Assembly (NCBI GenBank): GCA_037442825.1
Contig: JBBIPN010000033.1
Coordinates: 1-14,287, forward strand
Direction: 5' to 3'
Source of the DNA: Sulfurihydrogenibium sp.
Lineage (GTDB): Bacteria; Aquificota; Aquificia; Aquificales; Hydrogenothermaceae
DNA: 14,287 nucleotides
The notes below the pieces were generated by a model, which saw only the letters and a list, made by a program, of their open reading frames with translations, did no database searches and had not been told where the DNA came from. Positions 7,888 through 14,287 of the stretch are shown here, piece after piece. A program made the position numbers and the translations under genes. Every line of letters starts with the position of its first letter. Within the stretch, counting starts at the first letter, position 1.

Positions 7888-8178
7888 TTTATATATATCT
7901 TTCTTAAATGTAAGTTTTGGTGTTTTTTTCATTCTTATCTTTTTTCCTAATATAAAACGAATATGACCACTACTTTTATTTAAAGATTCTAAAATACTAT
8001 CTTCATCTTTTAAAGCTGAAATATAAACATCAGCTTGACTTAAATCAGATGTTGTATCTACAAAACTTACTGTTATAAAATTATCCCTTGATATATTAAA
8101 CTCTTCACTTATAATTTCAGAAATTTCTTTTTTTAAAAGCATATTTACTTTTTCCATTCTAAAAGATTTTTCTCTCAT
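7876..8178 (-). CDS. rbfA: 30S ribosome-binding factor A
   Basis: Motifs RMEKV..LLKKEIS, ITVSFVDTTSDLSQADVYIS and GHIRFILGKKIRMKKTPKLTF. Follows DUF503; AGGTGG SD. Confidence 0.93.
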   Translation of the reverse strand: MREKSFRMEKVNMLLKKEISEIISEEFNISRDNFITVSFVDTTSDLSQADVYISALKDEDSILESLNKSSGHIRFILGKKIRMKKTPKLTFKKDIYKLEI

Positions 8179-8190
8179 TTTTAACCACCT

Positions 8191-8472
8191 TTATATTAAT
8201 CTCTTATGTATATTTATATACAGATGTGGGAAATTTTCATCAATAAAATTAATAATACTGTTTAACGTTTTCTCTGTTTGAAATTTATCAGGTGTTACTG
8301 TTACAACAGCTACTAATGCTGATTGCCATAAATCTTGATTATCTATCTCAGAAACAGAAACGTTAAATCTTGACTTTAGTTTTTCTTTTAATGACCTTAT
8401 AACCATTCTTTTTTCTTTTAAATTAGTTGCCTCAGGAATATGTATCTCTAAAACTAAACTACCTATTATCAC
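8191..8472 (-). CDS. DUF503 / YlxP family protein
   Basis: Motifs LKEKRMVIRSLKEKLKSRFNVSVSE and QDLWQ. GTG start with a GAGGT SD; usual position upstream of rbfA. Confidence 0.93.
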   Translation of the reverse strand: MIIGSLVLEIHIPEATNLKEKRMVIRSLKEKLKSRFNVSVSEIDNQDLWQSALVAVVTVTPDKFQTEKTLNSIINFIDENFPHLYINIHKRLI

Positions 8473-9232
8473 TGTTTATAACCTCAAAGAGTTTAATAAA
8501 ATCTTCAAAAGTAAGTTCTTCAGCTCTTGATGTTGAATTAATATTTACTTGTTTTAGAATTTCTTCATCAATTTTTGTTCTTAGCATCTTTCTTCTATTT
8601 TGGAAAATATTGGATATAAAATTTTTATACTTTTTAATATCTTTTATAGGTATATTTTCTTTTGGAGATATTTTTACAACTGCAGATGTTACTTTTGGTG
8701 GTGGTGTAAAGAATCTTGCTGGTACACTCATAATGTAATCTATATTAAAAAATGTCTGAATAAAAACAGATAAAAATGTGTAATCCTTTGTTTTTGGTTT
8801 TGCTATAAGCTTTTCTGCAACTTCCTTTTGTATCATAAAAACACACCTTTCTAATATATCTATATAAAATACACAGTTAACAATGATTAAAGATGCTACA
8901 TTATAAGGTAAATTTCCAACAAGTTTTATCTTATGACCTTTTGCAATGTCATATAAATTTATCTTTAGGAAATCGTGCTTTATTAAACTAAAATTTTTAT
9001 AATCTTTAAATTTCTCTTCTATTAAATCATAAACAGATTTATCTATCTCTACACCATAAAGATGATAAGGATTTTTAGAAAGGATAACCTCTGTTAAAAA
9101 TCCTGTCCCTACACCTACTTCAATAATTATATCTTCTGAAGATATATTTATAGCTTTAACTATCTCTTCTGCGACATTTTTTGAGTTTAGAAAGTGTTGC
9201 CCAAACTGTTTTTTTGCTCTAACTTTGTTCAA
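8459..9232 (-). CDS. rsmA: 16S rRNA (adenine1518/1519-N6)-dimethyltransferase KsgA
   Basis: Motifs AKKQFGQHFL, EVGVGTGFLT, VEID, GNLPYNV, MIQKEVA, FTPPPKVTSAV, RRKML and RAEEL. TTG start overlaps galU by 14 nt. Confidence 0.97.
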   Translation of the reverse strand: MNKVRAKKQFGQHFLNSKNVAEEIVKAINISSEDIIIEVGVGTGFLTEVILSKNPYHLYGVEIDKSVYDLIEEKFKDYKNFSLIKHDFLKINLYDIAKGHKIKLVGNLPYNVASLIIVNCVFYIDILERCVFMIQKEVAEKLIAKPKTKDYTFLSVFIQTFFNIDYIMSVPARFFTPPPKVTSAVVKISPKENIPIKDIKKYKNFISNIFQNRRKMLRTKIDEEILKQVNINSTSRAEELTFEDFIKLFEVINSDNR

Positions 9233-10100
9233 TTTCTTTACACTTTTGAAGTATTATATTCTTCACACTATCTTTTATATCATCTCTACCTAAAGCAAAA
9301 TCTATAATAGCTTCTATATATCCTACTTTATTACCTGTATCATGTCTAAAGCCATCTATGTTTTTAGCATATATAACTTCTTTTTCTCTTAACTTTGCTA
9401 AACCATCTGTAAGTTGAAGTTCTCCACCTTTACCTATTGGCGTTTCTTCCAATGCTTCGAAAATATTTGGTGTTAATACATACCTACCGATTATAGCTTT
9501 TGTTGAAGGTGCTTCTTCTATAGATGGTTTTTCAACTAATTTATCAACTAATATTATACCTTCTGTAATTTCTTTACCATCAACTATTCCATATTTATTT
9601 ACATCTTCCCTTTTTACTTCCATTGTGCCAATTACAGATTTACCAAATTTATAGTAAATATCTATAAGCTGTCTTATACCTGGAACATCACTTTTTATAA
9701 TCTCATCTCCAAGTAAAACTGCAAAAGGTTCATCTCCAACGAGACTTTTTGCTGTTAATACAGCATGCCCTAATCCAAGTTGTTCTTTCTGTCTTATATA
9801 AACAAACTCTGCCATGTTGCTAATGTTTCTTATTATTTCTACTTCTTCTTCTTTCCCAGTTTTTAGTAAAACTTGTTCTAACTCTGGATAGTAATCAAAA
9901 TAATCTTCTATAGCCCTTTTATGTCTCCCAGTCACAAATATAATTGTTTCTATACCAGAATTTATAGCTTCTTCAACTATATAATGTATAATGGGTTTGT
10001 CTATAAGGGGCATCATCTCTTTAGGTGTTGACTTTGTTGCAGGTAAAAACCTTGTCCCAAATCCAGCTACAGGTATAACTGCTTTTTTTACTTTTTTCAC
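9219..10100 (-). CDS. galU: UTP--glucose-1-phosphate uridylyltransferase
   Basis: Motifs KAVIPVAGFGTRFLPATK..PKEM, RQKEQLGLGHAV, VEKP and GGELQLTD. GTG start; GTGA overlap with purC. Confidence 0.97.
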   Translation of the reverse strand: MKKVKKAVIPVAGFGTRFLPATKSTPKEMMPLIDKPIIHYIVEEAINSGIETIIFVTGRHKRAIEDYFDYYPELEQVLLKTGKEEEVEIIRNISNMAEFVYIRQKEQLGLGHAVLTAKSLVGDEPFAVLLGDEIIKSDVPGIRQLIDIYYKFGKSVIGTMEVKREDVNKYGIVDGKEITEGIILVDKLVEKPSIEEAPSTKAIIGRYVLTPNIFEALEETPIGKGGELQLTDGLAKLREKEVIYAKNIDGFRHDTGNKVGYIEAIIDFALGRDDIKDSVKNIILQKCKEIEQS

Positions 10101-10795
10101 TCTTGTAATCTCCTTAAAACTTCTCCATAAAACTTTGTTAAATCCCCTAAGTTTAGTCTAAATCTATCTTTATCCATCTTTTCACCAGTTTTTGCATCCC
10201 AAAATCTACAAGTATCTGGTGATATTTCATCAGCTAATACTATTGTTCCATCTTGTAATCTTCCAAATTCAAGTTTAAAATCTACAAGAATAATATTATG
10301 TTTAATTAAAAATCCTTTTAATATACTATTGACAGATAATGCTATTTCTTTAATTTCTGATATATCTTTTTCATCAGCTAATTTCATCATATAAATGTGT
10401 TCTTGACATATAAGTGGGTCTCCTAATTGGTCATTTTTGTAATAAAACTCTATAACTGGTGGACTAAACTCTGTTTTTTCTGAGATAGCAAGTCTTTTAA
10501 CTATACTTCCAGTAGCAATATTTCTTACTACAACTTCTATTGGTATAATTTTTGTTTTATATGCTAACATCTCTCTATCAGAAATTTGTTTAATAAAATG
10601 AGTTTTAATATTTGAGTTGTTTAAAAGTGTAAAAAATATAGAAGATATTTTATTATTTAAAACACCTTTACCTTCTATTACATCCTTCTTTTGAGCATTA
10701 AATGCTGTAGCTTCATCTTTAAAGTAGATTATAACTTTATCTGGTTCCTCTGCTTGGTATATTATTTTAGCTTTTCCTTCATATAATTTTTCCAT
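10097..10795 (-). CDS. purC: SAICAR synthetase
   Basis: Motifs LYEGKAK, IPIEVVVRNIATGS, LVDFKLEFG, LADEISPDTCRFWD and DKDRFR. Confidence 0.98.
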   Translation of the reverse strand: MEKLYEGKAKIIYQAEEPDKVIIYFKDEATAFNAQKKDVIEGKGVLNNKISSIFFTLLNNSNIKTHFIKQISDREMLAYKTKIIPIEVVVRNIATGSIVKRLAISEKTEFSPPVIEFYYKNDQLGDPLICQEHIYMMKLADEKDISEIKEIALSVNSILKGFLIKHNIILVDFKLEFGRLQDGTIVLADEISPDTCRFWDAKTGEKMDKDRFRLNLGDLTKFYGEVLRRLQE

Positions 10796-10804
10796 TTTTC
10801 ACCT

Positions 10805-11437
10805 CTATAGACTTTCTTTTGCTAATAATGATAAATATCTATAATTTTGATTATTTTTAACCATTTCCAATATTTTCCTTGCTTCTTCATAATTTCCTTC
10901 TTTTTTCAAAATAAATGCAGATATTATCTGACTTGATAAATAGTTATAGCTTTTAGAATCTATTGATTTTAAGTAATCTTTTGATGTTTTTAAATCACCA
11001 TTTTTATAACTTAGATAAGAAAGATACTCTTTAAAACCAGAAGATATATCCGTTTCGAGTAAGTTTGAAATCTGTTTAACACTTTCTAAATCTTCTAAAT
11101 TACTTTCCCTCTTTAGAAGAATTTTGTACGCTAAAACAACTTTATAGTAATCTGTATCTTTATAATTTTTTTCAAAATTGCCAATCTCTTTTTCAGCTTC
11201 TGCTAGTTTATTATCTGATATTAGTTGTGATATTTTTGTTAGTTCTACAGAAGCTTTTATTTTTTTCTGTAAATCTAACTCTTTTTTATAGTAATAACCT
11301 GCAAATATAATTAGTAGAATAACTAAAGATATAAGGATAGTTTTTATTTTTTTCTTTAAAATATCGTATATTCTATAAATTTTATACTCTAACTCTAAAT
11401 CAACGTCTTTTTCAATTGGAAGCTTTTCTTTTTCCAT
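10805..11437 (-). CDS. Single-TM helical-repeat membrane protein, YfgM/TPR-like
   Basis: Short cytoplasmic N-terminus, one TM (ILISLVILLIIFAGYYY), then helical repeats such as KKEGNYEEARKILE. Size (210 aa) and topology fit the YfgM family; the assignment is inferred. Confidence 0.6.
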   Translation of the reverse strand: MEKEKLPIEKDVDLELEYKIYRIYDILKKKIKTILISLVILLIIFAGYYYKKELDLQKKIKASVELTKISQLISDNKLAEAEKEIGNFEKNYKDTDYYKVVLAYKILLKRESNLEDLESVKQISNLLETDISSGFKEYLSYLSYKNGDLKTSKDYLKSIDSKSYNYLSSQIISAFILKKEGNYEEARKILEMVKNNQNYRYLSLLAKESL

Positions 11438-11462
11438 TGGAACCTCATAATTTTTTAAATAT

Positions 11463-11500
11463 ATTTTATCATAGTTGATATAAACTATTTCTGTTATAAT
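11463..11500. promoter_or_regulatory. Back-to-back extended -10 promoters flanking a palindrome
   Basis: Minus strand TGATAAAAT (11471-11463) and plus strand TGTTATAAT (11492-11500). Between them lies ATAGTT-GATATA-AACTAT (11471-11488). Confidence 0.5.
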
Positions 11501-11536
11501 TTTTACTAGAATTTTTTTCTATTGAAGGAGTTAAAT

Positions 11537-11962
11537 ATGATAATGAGATATTTCTCTGTAAAGGAAGCAAATAGTATATTACCTCAAATTAAAGTATTAG
11601 TTGAAGAAATAGTAGAAAAAAGAGAAGAGATATATAAAAATTTAGCTATTTATGAAGAACTTAAAGAAGTAGAAAATTTAAACAAAATAGAACAGTTGGA
11701 GCTTTTATATGCAAAAAGTATGGTTAAATTGTTAGATGATGAGATTAAAGAGCTTGTGGAAACAATTCAAAATTTTGGTGTTTTAGTAAAAAGTATAGAC
11801 CCTGTTGTCCTAGACTTTCCAGCAAAAAATGAAGATGAAGATATATTTTTATGTTGGAAAGAAGATGAAGAACAGATACTTTTTTGGCATGGAATATATG
11901 AAGGTTTTAATGGTAGAAAACCTATCTCTCTTTTAGCAAAGAACCAAAAGAGATTTTTCTAA
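11537..11962 (+). CDS. DUF2203 family protein
   Basis: Motifs RYFSVKEANSILP, a coiled coil, GVLVK, LDFPA, LCWKEDE, FWHG and GFNGRKPI. Start moved to ATG 11537 after the AGGAG at 11526-11530. Confidence 0.88.
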   Translation: MIMRYFSVKEANSILPQIKVLVEEIVEKREEIYKNLAIYEELKEVENLNKIEQLELLYAKSMVKLLDDEIKELVETIQNFGVLVKSIDPVVLDFPAKNEDEDIFLCWKEDEEQILFWHGIYEGFNGRKPISLLAKNQKRFF

Positions 11963-13962
11963 TTTTTTACGAAAGGAAAATTATAGTAAATATCTAATAT
12001 ATTAATCATAACATATATATTTTTATATCTTTTGTTTGTTGATATATTATAATCTTCCCAAAATCCAAATGTGAGACTCCAACATACTCTATTCCAATTA
12101 AGATTAAAAGATTTCCTTTGAATATATCCATATTTAATATTATTTATAATATTTACATTTAAACTAAAATTTTTATAATTAGCAGAAATACTATTTGAAA
12201 GCTGTTTTTGAGCTGTTTCGTAGTTAGTACCTTTGTTATGTGAATAACTTAATGAGTAAGTAATATAATTATTTATAGGAAAAGATAAGGAAGATATCGA
12301 TCTGATCATATATTTTTTCTCTAAGTCGTAAAATATTGTACTATCTAAACTATATTTATCAATATTTAATAAAATACTATTTTTTAAAGGTTTTATGTGT
12401 GAGTAATAAATATTATCTCCTATGAAATAATAATTAAGAAATGTATATCCTTGAGATAGTTCCCATCTTAAAAAGTTATTATTTTTAAAGTTTAAGATGT
12501 TATAAAGTTGAAATGTTAAATCCTTTTTTTCGTTAATTCTATCTACTATATCATAGTACGGTAAATTAGATTGGTCTATATTATTTATATATTCAAAGAT
12601 AATTTTTGGTATTATTAAATGATTGAAATTTTTATAACTTTTTATAAAGGTAGTATGTAATGAATCTTTGATAGGTATTAAAAATCTTCTATCTAAGGTA
12701 TTATTATCTTTTGAGTTTATATATAAAGTAAATTCAGGTGAAATTTCTAAATTGTTTATAAACTTTCCAAAGTATGTATAATTAGATAATCTTAATATGT
12801 TATCAGACCTTATACCTGAAGTACCTTCTTCCCTATAAAAGTAAGTGTTATCAGATAGAAAATCATAATAAATAGGTAAGTCAAAGAGTTTTGATTCTTT
12901 CCAGTAAAATCTAATTTCTGGCAATCTTTGTAAAGTACTTTTATTGTTTGGTGTTGTTAAATCATAAAAATAATCAAAACTTAGCTCTAATTGATATTTA
13001 TCTGTTTCATTCCTTCCCATTAAATAGGATTTTGTAAAAGATGTATACTTAATTTGAGAATCATTGTATAAATCTTCAAAGAAATATCTATCACTTATAA
13101 AATCTAACTTTGTAAAAAATTGCCAATCTTGAAAGTATGAATAGTTTGTTTCTAAATAAATTCTATATCTATTACTAAGTGGTGTTTGAGTTCTATTTTG
13201 CCACCATTCTTTACCTTCATTTTCCTTAAAAAAATCTATTTTTGATAATAGTTTTATATTTTTATCAAACATTTTTCTGTATTCAATAGAACTTCCAACA
13301 CCTTGTTTATTCCTATAATCTAAAGTAAATGTAGTATCAGAAGAATCATTTATAACTATGAATAAAGGTTGTTTATATATAAACGTGTTATATGTATCTT
13401 TACCTATTGTAGGTGTAAGAAGTCCAGATTTTCTATTAGTTGTTGGGTAAGAAAAATAAGGTGTATATAAAATAGGTATTTTACAGAAATTAAATCTCAT
13501 ATTGTAAGCTTGAAGTTTATCTTGTTCTTTTATTTTTCCTGAAGATGCTTTAACATTCCAATCATACTGAGAAGGTGGACAAGCTGAAAATTCTCCACTT
13601 GTAAAGTAGTATACATCTTTTTCCTTCTTTAAATATTTTCCCTTTACAAAATATTTTTTCTCAACAATACCATCATAATCGTACATCTCACCTGTATCAT
13701 TTTCAAAATCAAACCACCCAGAATTTGCATATCCTTCAAAAGTATCTGTTTTAATATAAAATTTTTCTGGTAAAGCTGCTTTTTTTGTTTCTGTGTTGTA
13801 TATAACTTTACTAGACTTTAAAATCTTGCTTTGAAATGTGATAATAACATTTCCACTAGCTGTTAAAACTTCTTTATCTTTTTCTAATTTATCTGCTTCT
13901 ATACTAACATTTTCTAAAGCAAAGGAAAAGTTTATAATAAATAATATTAATATTATCTGCAA
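11959..13962 (-). CDS. lptD: LPS-assembly protein LptD (OstA domain plus beta-barrel)
   Basis: Signal peptide; OstA-like IEADKL, ASGNVII and KVIYN; motifs FSACPP..W, PILYTPYFSYP..RKSGLLTP, QRLPE and a C-terminal CW. TTG start after a GAGG SD. Confidence 0.92.
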   Translation of the reverse strand: MQIILILFIINFSFALENVSIEADKLEKDKEVLTASGNVIITFQSKILKSSKVIYNTETKKAALPEKFYIKTDTFEGYANSGWFDFENDTGEMYDYDGIVEKKYFVKGKYLKKEKDVYYFTSGEFSACPPSQYDWNVKASSGKIKEQDKLQAYNMRFNFCKIPILYTPYFSYPTTNRKSGLLTPTIGKDTYNTFIYKQPLFIVINDSSDTTFTLDYRNKQGVGSSIEYRKMFDKNIKLLSKIDFFKENEGKEWWQNRTQTPLSNRYRIYLETNYSYFQDWQFFTKLDFISDRYFFEDLYNDSQIKYTSFTKSYLMGRNETDKYQLELSFDYFYDLTTPNNKSTLQRLPEIRFYWKESKLFDLPIYYDFLSDNTYFYREEGTSGIRSDNILRLSNYTYFGKFINNLEISPEFTLYINSKDNNTLDRRFLIPIKDSLHTTFIKSYKNFNHLIIPKIIFEYINNIDQSNLPYYDIVDRINEKKDLTFQLYNILNFKNNNFLRWELSQGYTFLNYYFIGDNIYYSHIKPLKNSILLNIDKYSLDSTIFYDLEKKYMIRSISSLSFPINNYITYSLSYSHNKGTNYETAQKQLSNSISANYKNFSLNVNIINNIKYGYIQRKSFNLNWNRVCWSLTFGFWEDYNISTNKRYKNIYVMINILDIYYNFPFVKN

Positions 13963-14019
13963 CTGTTACCTCTGATATTTTTTTAAAAGCTTTTATATTA
14001 TACAACAAGGAGAACTAAA

Positions 14020-14287
14020 TTGAGCAAACCAAGAGAATGGCTAAGGGAAAAAAGTATAGCGAAAAAGGTTTTAACAGAATCTAATTTAATTTTAGAAGTT
14101 GTAGATGCAAGAATACCATACGAAACAAGGAATTCTGTAGTAGAAAATTTAGCTAAGGAAAGGAATAAACAGCTTATTGTTGTTTTAAATAAGTCTGATT
14201 TGGTACCGAGAGATTTTGTTTTAGATATAAAAAAAGAGATAGAAAAAGAATTTCCAACTGTTATCTTTTCAGCTCATAAGAATATAG
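14020..14287 (+). CDS. Circularly permuted ribosome-biogenesis GTPase, YlqF/RbgA family (5' part, continues beyond the right edge)
   Basis: Not in the ORF track. TTG at 14020 follows AGGAG and reads MSKPREWLREKSIAKKVLTESNLILEVVDARIPYETRN...LIVVLNKSDLVP...PTVIFSAHKNI. The DAR motif, G4 NKxD and G5 SA come before any P-loop. Confidence 0.9.
   Translation, partial: MSKPREWLREKSIAKKVLTESNLILEVVDARIPYETRNSVVENLAKERNKQLIVVLNKSDLVPRDFVLDIKKEIEKEFPTVIFSAHKNI

Noticed and set aside
8427..8738. 103-aa plus-strand ORF
   Set aside because: Antisense to rsmA and DUF503.
11522..11536. ORF-track TTG start of DUF2203
   Set aside because: The SD lies downstream of this codon; ATG 11537 fits better.
1..14287. 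CRISPR array, IS/prophage, tRNA/rRNA or defence system
   Set aside because: No spaced direct repeats, transposase, integrase or nuclease motifs, or GC-rich structured RNA seen. Intergenic gaps are all under 250 bp and explained by promoters and terminators.

Overview
AT-rich, densely coded chromosomal window. The protein style suggests a thermophilic Aquificota (Hydrogenothermaceae/Sulfurihydrogenibium-like) genome, which is inference only. From left to right: (1) a minus-strand, overlap-coupled operon of RND permease, Fe-dependent alcohol dehydrogenase, TetR regulator and TolC (cut by the window edge), with a perfect palindromic operator lying across its promoter; (2) a divergent Hsp20 gene with an intrinsic terminator; (3) a secreted DUF4139-like protein coupled to rsmI; (4) a minus-strand housekeeping operon of a YfgM-like membrane protein, purC, galU, rsmA, DUF503 and rbfA; (5) DUF2203; (6) lptD; (7) the 5' part of a circularly permuted YlqF/RbgA-family GTPase. 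I saw no mobile elements, CRISPR arrays, tRNA or rRNA, and no new multi-gene system such as a defence island. The best candidate novelty is a 20-bp uninterrupted AU/GU hairpin that hides the whole Shine-Dalgarno and part of the AUG of hsp20, resembling a fourU RNA thermometer. Next are the ADH-containing efflux operon with its operator and an atypical RND proton-relay motif.
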